From assembly GCA_002269645.1 (NCBI GenBank), contig NIVC01002837.1:72771-136770 (forward strand): a stretch of 64,000 bases of DNA, read 5' to 3'. The stretch comes from Macrostomum lignano (Eukaryota). A model generated the notes under the pieces. That model saw only the letters and a program-made list of their open reading frames with translations, was not told the origin of the DNA and searched no databases. The position numbers were made by a program, and so were the translations under genes. Position 1 is the first letter of the stretch. Each line of letters starts with the position of its first letter. Shown here piece after piece: positions 51,001-61,900 of the stretch.

Positions 51001-52346
51001 AAGGGCGCGCATGTCGCACGATCATGAGCGCCCTCCGTCTGCTCCTTACGATGGCCTCAACGCCTTCCTCAACATTCCTCCGCTGGACATCTTTGTCCGC
51101 AGGGAAGCGGCTAAGACTGCCCGCCGTCTAGCTGACGCTGGCATTCGAATCCAGCCCCATAGGGCCATGGCTAAGCGCAAGCTTCTGCCCCACGCTGACC
51201 TCTGCCTCAAGGACTTGAGAGACAGCGGCGGGCTCCACGTCCTATCTGACGGCGAACCCCGCACTCTCAACCTCTTTCAGCGCTACAAGGTCACCATCCC
51301 CTCTAGGGATGCTGCCAATGACCACTGGAATTTCCAGGAGGTCCATTGCTACACGGACGGATCCATCAAAGACGGTCGCGCCGGCTTTGGGGTCTGCATC
51401 ATCATCAACGGCCGCGTAATTGCCACGCATGCCCAGCACACTGGTAGACTCTCCACAGTCTTCCAGAACGAAGTCCTTGCCATCAGCTCTTGCGCTGCAG
51501 AGCTGAACGCCAAGGTTACGAGAGGAAAGACTATTGTCATCCACTCCGACAGCCAAGCGGCCTTACAGGCCCTTTGCCACACCACAAGGAACTCCCGGAC
51601 AGTCGCCGACTGCGCCCGGCAGCTCAACCTCCTGGCCAGAAGCAATACTGTCAGGCTGAAGTGGATCCCAGGGCACGCAGGGTTTCCGGGGAACGAGCTG
51701 GCAGACACCCTCGCCAAGAGGGGCGGCTCTGGCTCTTTCTTCGGCCCTGCCCCCCTGGTCCCTATGCCCTTGACAGTCATCAAACGTCAGATCGACGACT
51801 GGGCTGACTCCCTCCACAGGGACAGATGGGCGGGCACCCAAAACTGCCGGCAATCTCGTGCCGCGGTTCCTTGCCCGTCTCACAGACTCAGAAACATCCT
51901 TCTGAACCAGAATCGGAAGGATATTCGAGCCCTTGTCATGACCCTCACCGGCCATGGCTACCTCGCCAGGCACTGCTTCCTCCGAGGCGACCTCGAGAGC
52001 GAAATTTGCCCCTTTTGCGAGTGCGACAATGAAGATGCTCAGCACTTTGTCTGTCACTGCCCTTTCTTTAACAGAGACCGGCTACGCTACCTCGGGCCGA
52101 ACCCGTCCATTGACGAGGTCTGCCAGCCCGACAGCATCCCACGGCTCATCCAGTTCCTTCGGGCGACTAGACGAGCCAGTTTCTTCCCAACGGAAGATCA
52201 CGCTGCAGGACGGACCGGCGGACCACCCTGACCGGCCCCACGCCTCTGCCTGTCTGCGGGCCTTCAGGGGCTAGCGGAATGGGCGACCCTCGCCTCCCCG
52301 CTGTGTCTACGGACCACCCTGCAGCTAAGTCAAGTAAGTCAAGAGG
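48072..52346 (+). mobile_element. 5'-truncated, inactivated non-LTR retrotransposon (LOA/I-group type; APE endonuclease, RT, RNase H, C-terminal Cys-His finger)
   Basis: ORF1 remnant ends at 48526. ORF2: EN (LQINLQH, LVQEPW, GDINAHH, TF, SDH), RT (KAPGPDG, FRPISL, QHAFR, LDIIGAFD, PQGGVLSP, YADD), RNase H (YTDGS, HSDSQAAL, WIPGHAG, NELAD), CPFC...HFVCHC. 3' tail TAAGTCAAGTAAGTCAAG. Confidence 0.95.
48529..52231 (+). pseudogene. disrupted ORF2 polyprotein of the retrotransposon
   Basis: In-frame TAA at 49291-49293 and TAG at 50751-50753; frameshifts near 49545 and 51030. Indels could be partly sequencing error. Confidence 0.88.
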
Positions 52347-52398
52347 CTTTGGCGAGTGGATCTCTAGCAAATCTAAAAATAATTTCTTATATATCTAA

Positions 52399-53075
52399 CA
52401 ACGGTGTCTAACAGATCTAACAACTGTGTCTAACAGATCGAACAACGTTGTCTAACAGATCTAACAACTGTGTCTAACAGATCTAACAACTGTGTCTAAC
52501 AGATCTAACAACTGTGTCTAACAGATCTAACAACTGTGTCTAATCGATCTAACAACTGTGTCTAACAGATCTAACAACTGTGTCTAACAGATCTAACAAC
52601 TGTGTCTAATAAATCTAACAACTGTGTCTAATCGATCTAACAACTGTGTCTAACAGATCTAACAACTGTGTCTAATAAATCTAACAACGGTGTCTAACAG
52701 ATCTAACAACTGTGTCTAATAGATCTAACAACTGTGTCTAACAGATCTAACAACTGTGTCTAACAGATCTAACAACTGTGTCTAACAGATCTAACAACTG
52801 TGTCTAACAGATCTAACAACTGTGTCTAACAGATCTAACAACTGTGTCTAACAGATCTAACAACTGTGTCTAACAGATCTAACAACTGTGTCTAATCGAT
52901 CTAACAACTGTGTCTAATAGATCTAACAACTGTGTCTAACAGATCTAACAACGGTGTCTAACAGATCTAACAACTGTGTCTAATAAATCTAACAACTGTG
53001 TCTAACAGATCTAACAACTGTGTCTAACAGATCTAACAACTGTGTCTAACAGATCTAACAACTGTGTCTAACAGG
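52399..53075. repeat. 22-bp minisatellite (CAACTGTGTCTAACAGATCTAA)n
   Basis: About 30 units; its first units are duplicated to the left of the retrotransposon. Confidence 0.97.
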
Positions 53076-53152
53076 TTTATCAACTGTCTCTAACTGATCG
53101 AAAAATCTTATCTAACATTTTCAATAGGTCTAACAGGTCGAACGCAACTCAC

Positions 53153-53620
53153 GTGACTTCCCAGCTGCCCCGCCTCCGCAGCCGCCGCTGCCGCCGCCTC
53201 CTCGTCCGCCATCAGCTGTCGCTGCCGATCCGCCTGCGGCGCGAACACCGACAGCGGCCTTCGCTGCCACGGCCGTCGTCGTCGACCCGTTGTCGCTTCG
53301 ACGACGTCGCCGAGCCCGGCCGGCAGGCTGTCCAGCTGCCGTCGACGCTGCGCTGAACTGACGGCCCTCGGCCGGCCGCCGCTGATGGCCGGCACGTCGA
53401 TGACACTGTCCGACAGGGCGAGGCCGGACAGCGCCAGCTGCCGCTCCGCCTGTCGAAATTCGCGCCTGCGCGCCACGTCGCGCCGATCTTCGACTGCGCG
53501 CAGTTCGGAGAGTTCGCGCGCCAGCCGGTTCGACTCCATCTCGGCGCGGCGCTGGGCGCCGAGCATCGTCTGCGAGGTCTTCTTCTGCAGCTTGCGAAGG
53601 CTCTCCGTGGTCAGCGGCAT
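53153..53620 (-). CDS. probable first coding exon of the uncharacterised gene (coiled-coil-like, Arg/Ala-rich)
   Basis: GCCATG at 53620 starts MPLTTESLRKLQKK...AEMESNRLARELSELRAVEDRR; GC3-rich. Donor CAC|GTGAGT at 53152 is phase 0, compatible with the exon starting at 46908. Confidence 0.65.
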
Positions 53621-53635
53621 GGCCTGGGTGGCTGC

Positions 53636-54400
53636 CTGGCTGTCCTTGGTGTCTGCCTGGCTGTCCTTGGTGTCTGCCTGGCTGTCTGTCTGTCTGTCTG
53701 CCTGGCTGTCCTTGGTGTCTGCCTGGCTGTCTGTCTGTCTGTCTGCCTGGCTGTCTGTCTGTCTGTCTGCCTGGCTGTCCTTGGTGTCTGCCTGGCTGTC
53801 TATCTGTCTGTCTGCCTGGCTGTCCTTGGTGTCTTCCTGGCTGTCCTTGGTGTCTGCCTGGCTGTCTGTCTGTCTGTCTGCCTGGCTGTCCTTGGTGTCT
53901 TCCTGGCTGTCCTTGGTGTCTGCCTGGCTGTCTGTCTGTCTGTCTGCCTGGCTGTCCTTGGTGTCTGCCTGGCTGTCCTTGGTGTCTGCCTGGCTGTCTT
54001 TGGTGTCTGCCTGGCTGTCCCTGGTGTCTGCCTGGCTGTCTGTCTGTCTGTCTGCCTGGCTGTCCTTGGTGTCTGCCTGGCTGTCTTTGGTGTCTGCCTG
54101 GCTGTCCCTGGTGTCTGCCTGGCTGTCTGTCTGTCTGTCTGCCTGGCTGTCCTTGGTGTCTGCCTGGCTTTCTGTCTGTCTGTCTGCCTGGCTGTCCTTG
54201 GTGTCTTCCTGGCTGTCCTTGGTGTCTGCCTGGCTGTCTGTCTGTCTGTCTGCCTGGCTGTCCTTGGTGTCTGCCTGGCTGTCCTTGGTGTCTGCCTGGC
54301 TGTCTTTGGTGTCTGCCTGGCTGTCCTTGGTGTCTGCCTGGCTGTCTTTGGTGTCTGCCTGGCCGTCCTTGGTGTCTGCCTGGCTGTCTGTCTCTCTGTC
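53636..54400. repeat. mixed 21/24-bp minisatellite (CTGCCTGGCTGTCCTTGGTGT / CTGCCTGG(CTGT)4)
   Basis: Two interleaved unit types. Confidence 0.96.
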
Positions 54401-54947
54401 TGTCTGTGTGCCTGTCTTTCGATCTATTCTGTCCACCTTTCCAGTCTGCCCAGAAGCTTTGAAAAAAATTCTATATAAAATTTTTCATCATCAAGCCGCA
54501 CTCTCAAGCCCCCACACCCCGTTACTGTGCGGTTGCTAAGCTCTGACCTGTGCAGAGACTTGGACTGCTTGAGCTTCATTTTACAAAGCCCTGAGCCTCT
54601 CGCTGCCCACTTTCCTGTCTGTCGCCCACCCCAGTTTCATAAATGCCTTCATTCTGGGCCCGCAGGAGTCTCAGCTGCCTCTCAGCCAGGTGCACAAAGG
54701 CTGGGCGATTATAAGTGCGCAGCCCAGGTGTACAATCGGACAATGGAGCAGCACTCTGACCCGCAGTGAGTTAACATTTTTCTATGCTTCTTAATAGCTG
54801 ATTGTCATTAAAAATATGCAGAACAGACTACTTCAAGTGGAAAAAATAGAGTCAAAGTACAGTGCCGATTTGACACTTAGCTATGTCAGCACTTTGACAC
54901 TATTAATGTCAGTTCAGTTGACACTAATTATTAATTATGTCAGTAAT

Positions 54948-55680
54948 GCAACAACAACAATTTACGCAGCCCCGCAAGCAAAGTCGCAGAGCAGGGCGCG
55001 TCAGATGGCGCGCCGCAGAGTCTGAGAGCGGACGAAGTCCGCCCCGCTGGCAGTGTCGGGCGCCCCGACGTCGCGTAGGAGGCAGTCCACGTATCGACGG
55101 GTTCGGGCCTGACCCCGCCTGAGTGGGCCCTGCAGGGTGAGTAGCAGGACGTCCTGAACAGGTTGGGGGCAGAAGCCCTCGGCCCTGATCACGTGTGGCC
55201 CGCCAGCTGAAGTCGGCGCCGGCGCAGGATGGTGGACGAGCGCTGCAGCTTGGCCCGATCGTACAGGGCCTCGGTCCCGACGCTCGTGTCAGCTGGAAAG
55301 GCCGCACCGAGCAGCCGTGGGTGCGCCGAGTCCATTCAGCTGCCGCTCCAGCGTAGCCGTCAGCGTCCACGTCTCGGCGTTGTAGAGCAGGACGGTTTCG
55401 ACCACGCAGCGCTTCGGACTGGAGGACGGCCCGGATCGAACGGAAGGCCGGCAAGGCAAGTCCTCTGCGCCGCCGGAGGTCCTCTTCCACGTGGGGCACC
55501 AGACCGCCGAGGTAGGTGAACCGCTGGCAGCGTGCGAACCTGGTCATCTGCCCGTCTGCGCTGCGGCATGTCAGGTCCTCTAGGATGTTGGCCGGCACAG
55601 TCAGCACCTCGGTCTTCAGTGTGTTGACCAACGACCCTCGACCAACCTGTCGATCTGGCGCTGGGCGCCTTTAATGGGCG
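54948..55680 (-). mobile_element. 5'-truncated, degenerate RTE-clade non-LTR retrotransposon (end of RT and C-terminus)
   Basis: Across broken frames: AQRQIDRL, VNTLKTEVL, FTYLGG, EEDLRRRRGLA, YNAETWTLT, RRRRLQLAGHVIR, RRGQARTRRYVD. Short (TTG)n tail at 54948-54960. Confidence 0.85.
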
Positions 55681-55990
55681 TTTGAATGACGCAAAATGTA
55701 GAAATGACACAATCGAATATATCCTCTAAAAAAATAAAAATGACGCGCAAAAAATCAACGTTCCAAAAAAGGATATATTCTAAATATACCCCATATAAAA
55801 AATGACGAAACGTTAACCAATAAAACGACACAAGATTTTCTCTATCCAAACAAAAATAAAGCTGAAATCAGATATACTACTTTAAGGCGAAAAACAAAGA
55901 CACATATTTGACTTCAAGAGAAAACTACAATCCTTCGAATAACTATTTGAAATTATATTTATTCAAAAACCTATGCTAATAAAAATATCT

Positions 55991-58900
55991 GCGCCTGCGT
56001 ATATCAGCCCCATTGAGTGTCATTTCTAAGCTCTCCATTTAATTCTATATATTGACAGCGCAGCGCTACTTAGAGATTCTGAGAGTAGCGGGCTCTGCGT
56101 CATCTTTGCACCTGTGTATATCAGCCCCATTGAGTGTCATTTCTAAGCTCTCCATTTAATTCTATATATTGACAGCGCTACTTAGAAATTCTGAGAGTAG
56201 CGGGCTCTGCGTCATCTTTGCACCTGTGTATATCAGCCCCATTGAGTGTCATTTCTAAGCTCTCCATTTAATTCTATATATTGACAGCGCAGCGCTACTT
56301 AGAGATTCTGAGAGTAGCGGGCTCTGCGTCATCTTTGCACCTGTGTATATCAGCCCCATTGAGTGTCATTTCTAAGCTCTCCATTTAATTCTATATATTG
56401 ACAGCGCTACTTAGAGATTCTGAGAGTAGCGGGCTCTGCGTCATCTTTGCACCTGTGTATATCAGCCCCATTGAGTGTCATTTCTAAGCTCTCTATTTGA
56501 TTCTATATATTGACAGCGCTAGTTAGAGATGCTGGGAGTAGCGGGCTCTGCGTCATCTTTGCACCTGTGTATATCAGCCCCATTAAGTGTCATTTCTAAG
56601 CTCTCTATTTGATTCTATATATTGACAGCGCTAGTTAGAGATTCTGAGAGTAGCGGGCTCTGCGTCATCTTTGCACCTGCGTATATCAGCCCCATTGAGT
56701 GTCATTTCTAAGCTCTCCATTTGATTCTATATATTGACAGCGCAGCGCTAGTTAGAGATTCTGAGAGTAGCGGGCTCTGCGTCATCTTTGCACCTGCGTA
56801 TATCAGCCCCATTGAGTGTCATTTCTAAGCTCTCCATTTGATTCTATATATTGACAGCGCAGCGCTACTTAGAGATTCTGAGAGTAGCGGGCTCTGCGTC
56901 ATCTTTGCACCTGTGTATATCAGCCCCATTGAGTGTCATTTCTAAGCTCTCCATTTATTCTATATATTGACAGCGCAGCGCTAGTTAGAGATTCTGAGAG
57001 TAGCGGGCTCTGCGTCATCTTTGCACCTGTGTATATCAGCCCCATTGAGTGTCATTTCTAAGCTCTCCATTTGATTCTATATATTGACAGCGCTAGTTAG
57101 AGATTCTGAGAGTAGCGGGCTCTGCGTCATCTTTGCACCTGTGTATATCAGCCCCATTGAGTGTCATTTCTAAGCTCTCCATTTGATTCTATATATTGAC
57201 AGCGCTAGTTAGAGATTCTGAGAGTAGCGGGCTCTGCGTCATCTTTGCACCTGCGTATATCAGCCCCATTGAGTGTCATTTCTAAGCTCTCCATTTGATT
57301 CTATATATTGACAGCGCAGCGCTAGTTAGAGATTCTGAGAGTAGCGGGCTCTGCGTCATCTTTGCACCTGTGTATATCAGCCCCATTGAGTGTCATTTCT
57401 AAGCTCTCCATTTGATTCTATATATTGACAGCGCAGCGCTACTTAGAGATTCTGAGAGTAGCGGTCTCTGCGTCATCTTTGCACCTGTGTATATCAGCCC
57501 CATTGAGTGTCATTTCTAAGCTCTCCATTTATTCTATATATTGACAGCGCAGCGCTAGTTAGAGATTCTGAGAGTAGCGGGCTCTGCGTCATCTTTGCAC
57601 CTGCGTATATCAGCCCCATTGAGTGTCATTTCTAAGCTCTCCATTTGATTCTATATATTGACAGCGCAGCGCTACTTAGAGATTCTGAGAGTAGCGGGCT
57701 CTGCGTCATCTTTGCACCTGTGTATATCAGCCCCATTGAGTGTCATTTCTAAGCTCTCCATTTAATTCTATATATTGACAGCGCAGCGCTAGTTAGAGAT
57801 TCTGAGAGTAGCGGGCTCTGCGTCATCTTTGCACCTGTGTATATCAGCCCCATTGAGTGTCATTTCTAAGCTCTCCATTTAATTCTATATATTGACAGCG
57901 CTAGTTAGAGATTCTGGGAGTAGCGGGCTCTGCGTCATCTTTGCACCTGTGTATATCAGCCCCATTGAGTGTCATTTCTAAGCTCTCCATTTGATTCTAT
58001 ATATTGACAGCGCTAGTTAGAGATTCTGAGAGTAGCGGGCTCTGCGTCATCTTTGCACCTGCGTATATCAGCCCCATTGAGTGTCATTTCTAAGCTCTCC
58101 ATTTGATTCTATATATTGACAGCGCAGCGCTAGTTAGAGATTCTGAGAGTAGCGGGCTCTGCGTCATCTTTGCACCTGTGTATATCAGCCCCATTGAGTG
58201 TCATTTCTAAGCTCTCCATTTGATTCTATATATTGACAGCGCAGCGCTAGTTAGAGATTCTGAGAGTAGCGGGCTCTGCGTCATCTTTGCACCTGTGTAT
58301 ATCAGCCCCATTGAGTGTCATTTCTAAGCTCTCCATTTGATTCTATATATTGACAGCGCTAGTTAGAGATTTGAGGAGTAGCGGGCTCTGCGTCATCTTT
58401 GCACCTGCGTATATCAGCCCCATTGAGTGTCATTTCTAAGCTCTCCATTTGATTCTATATATTGACAGCGCTAGTTAGAGATTCTGAGAGTAGCGGGCTC
58501 TGCGTCATCTTTGCACCTGTGTATATCAGCCCCATTGAGTGTCATTTCTAAGCTCTCCATTTGATTCTATATATTGACAGCGCTAGTTAGAGATTCTGAG
58601 AGTAGCGGGCTCTGCGTCATCTTTGCACCTGCGTATATCAGCCCCATTGAGTGTCATTTCTAAGCTCTCCATTTGATTCTATATATTGACAGCGCAGCGC
58701 TAGTTAGAGATTCTGAGAGTAGCGGGCTCTGCGTCATCTTTGCACCTGCGTATATCAGCCCCATTGAGTGTCATTTCTAAGCTCTCCATTTGATTCTATA
58801 TATTGACAGCGCAGTTTAGAGATTCTGAGAGTAGCGGGCTCTGCGTCATCTTTGCACCTGTGTATATCAGCCCCATTGAGTGTCATTTCTAAGCTCTCCA

Positions 58901-61900
58901 TTTAATTCTATATATTGACAGCGCAGCGCTAGTTAGAGATTCTGAGAGTAGCGGGCTCTGCGTCATCTTTGCACCTGTGTATATCAGCCCCATTGAGTGT
59001 CATTTCTAAGCTCTCCATTTAATTCTATATATTGACAGCGCTAGTTAGAGATTCTGAGAGTAGCGGGCTCTGCGTCATCTTTGCACCTGTGTATATCAGC
59101 CCCATTGAGTGTCATTTCTAAGCTCTCCATTTGATTCTATATATTGACAGCGCTAGTTAGAGATTCTGAGAGTAGCGGGCTCTGCGTCATCTTTGCACCT
59201 GCGTATATCAGCCCCATTGAGTGTCATTTCTAAGCTCTCCATTTGATTCTATATATTGACAGCGCAGCGCTACTTAGAGATTCTGAGAGTAGCGGGCTCT
59301 GCGTCATCTTTGCACCTGTGTATATCAGCCCCATTGAGTGTCATTTCTAAGCTCTCCATTTGATTCTATATATTGACAGCGCAGCGCTACTTAGAGATTC
59401 TGAGAGTAGCGGGCTCTGCGTCATCTTTGCACCTGTGTATATCAGCCCCATTGAGTGTCATTTCTAAGCTCTCCATTTGATTCTATATATTGACAGCGCT
59501 AGTTAGAGATTTTGAGAGTAGCGGGCTCTGCGTCATCTTTGCACCTGCGTATATCAGCCCCATTGAGTGTCATTTCTAAGCTCTCCATTTGATTCTATAT
59601 ATTGACAGCGCTAGTTAGAGATTCTGAGAGTAGCGGGCTCTGCGTCATCTTTGCACCTGTGTATATCAGCCCCATTGAGTGTCATTTCTAAGCTCTCCAT
59701 TTGATTCTATATATTGACAGCGCTAGTTAGAGATTCTGAGAGTAGCGGGCTCTGCGTCATCTTTGCACCTGCGTATATCAGCCCCATTGAGTGTCATTTC
59801 TAAGCTCTCCATTTGATTCTATATATTGACAGCGCAGCGCTAGTTAGAGATTCTGAGAGTAGCGGGCTCTGCGTCATCTTTGCACCTGCGTATATCAGCC
59901 CCATTGAGTGTCATTTCTAAGCTCTCCATTTGATTCTATATATTGACAGCGCAGCGCTAGTTAGAGATTCTGAGAGTAGCGGGCTCTGCGTCATCTTTGC
60001 ACCTGTGTATATCAGCCCCATTGAGTGTCATTTCTAAGCTCTCCATTTAATTCTATATATTGACAGCGCAGCGCTAGTTAGAGATTCTGAGAGTAGCGGG
60101 CTCTGCGTCATCTTTGCACCTGTGTATATCAGCCCCATTGAGTGTCATTTCTAAGCTCTCCATTTATTCTATATATTGACAGCGCAGCGCTAGTTAGAGA
60201 TTCTGAGAGTAGCGGGCTCTGCGTCATCTTTGCACCTGCGTATATCAGCCCCATTGAGTGTCATTTCTAAGCTCTCCATTTGATTCTATATATTGACAGC
60301 GCTAGTTAGAGATTCTGAGAGTAGCGGGCTCTGCGTCATCTTTGCACCTGTGTATATCAGCCCCATTGAGTGTCATTTCTAAGCTCTCCATTTGATTCTA
60401 TATATTGACAGCGCAGCGCTAGTTAGAGATTCTGAGAGTAGCGGGCTCTGCGTCATCTTTGCACCTGTGTATATCAGCCCCATTGAGTGTCATTTCTAAG
60501 CTCTCCATTTGATTCTATATATTGACAGCGCTAGTTAGAGATTCTGAGAGTAGCGGGCTCTGCGTCATCTTTGCACCTGTGTATATCAGCCCCATTGAGT
60601 GTCATTTCTAAGCTCTCCATTTGATTCTATATATTGACAGCGCTAGTTAGAGATTCTGAGAGTAGCGGGCTCTGCGTCATCTTTGCACCTGTGTATATCA
60701 GCCCCATTGAGTGTCATTTCTAAGCTCTCCATTTGATTCTATATATTGACAGCGCTAGTTAGAGATTCTGAGAGTAGCGGGCTCTGCGTCATCTTTGCAC
60801 CTGCGTATATCAGCCCCATTGAGTGTCATTTCTAAGCTCTCCATTTGATTCTATATATTGACAGCGCAGCGCTAGTTAGAGATTCTGAGAGTAGCGGGCT
60901 CTGCGTCATCTTTGCACCTGTGTATATCAGCCCCATTGAGTGTCATTTCTAAGCTCTCCATTTGATTCTATATATTGACAGCGCAGCGCTAGTTAGAGAT
61001 TCTGAGAGTAGCGGGCTCTGCGTCATCTTTGCACCTGTGTATATCAGCCCCATTGAGTGTCATTTCTAAGCTCTCCATTTGATTCTATATATTGACAGCG
61101 CTAGTTAGAGATTTGAGAGTAGCGGGCTCTGCGTCATCTTTGCACCTGCGTATATCAGCCCCATTGAGTGTCATTTCTAAGCTCTCCATTTGATTCTATA
61201 TATTGACAGCGCTAGTTAGAGATTCTGAGAGTAGCGGGCTCTGCGTCATCTTTGCACCTGTGTATATCAGCCCCATTGAGTGTCATTTCTAAGCTCTCCA
61301 TTTGATTCTATATATTGACAGCGCTAGTTAGAGATTCTGAGAGTAGCGGGCTCTGCGTCATCTTTGCACCTGCGTATATCAGCCCCATTGAGTGTCATTT
61401 CTAAGCTCTCCATTTGATTCTATATATTGACAGCGCAGCGCTAGTTAGAGATTCTGAGAGTAGCGGGCTCTGCGTCATCTTTGCACCTGCGTATATCAGC
61501 CCCATTGAGTGTCATTTCTAAGCTCTCCATTTGATTCTATATATTGACAGCGCAGCGCTAGTTAGAGATTCTGAGAGTAGCGGGCTCTGCGTCATCTTTG
61601 CACCTGTGTATATCAGCCCCATTGAGTGTCATTTCTAAGCTCTCCATTTAATTCTATATATTGACAGCGCAGCGCTAGTTAGAGATTCTGAGAGTAGCGG
61701 GCTCTGCGTCATCTTTGCACCTGTGTATATCAGCCCCATTGAGTGTCATTTCTAAGCTCTCCATTTAATTCTATATATTGACAGCGCAGCGCTAGTTAGA
61801 GATTCTGAGAGTAGCGGGCTCTGCGTCATCTTTGCACCTGTGTATATCAGCCCCATTGAGTGTCATTTCTAAGCTCTCCATTTGATTCTATATATTGACA

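Noticed and set aside
48289-52057. Minus-strand ORFs within the retrotransposon
   Set aside because: They are antisense shadows of the GC-rich ORF2 with no recognisable motifs.
54948-55690. Target-site duplication around the RTE fragment
   Set aside because: No convincing direct repeat was found at the two ends.
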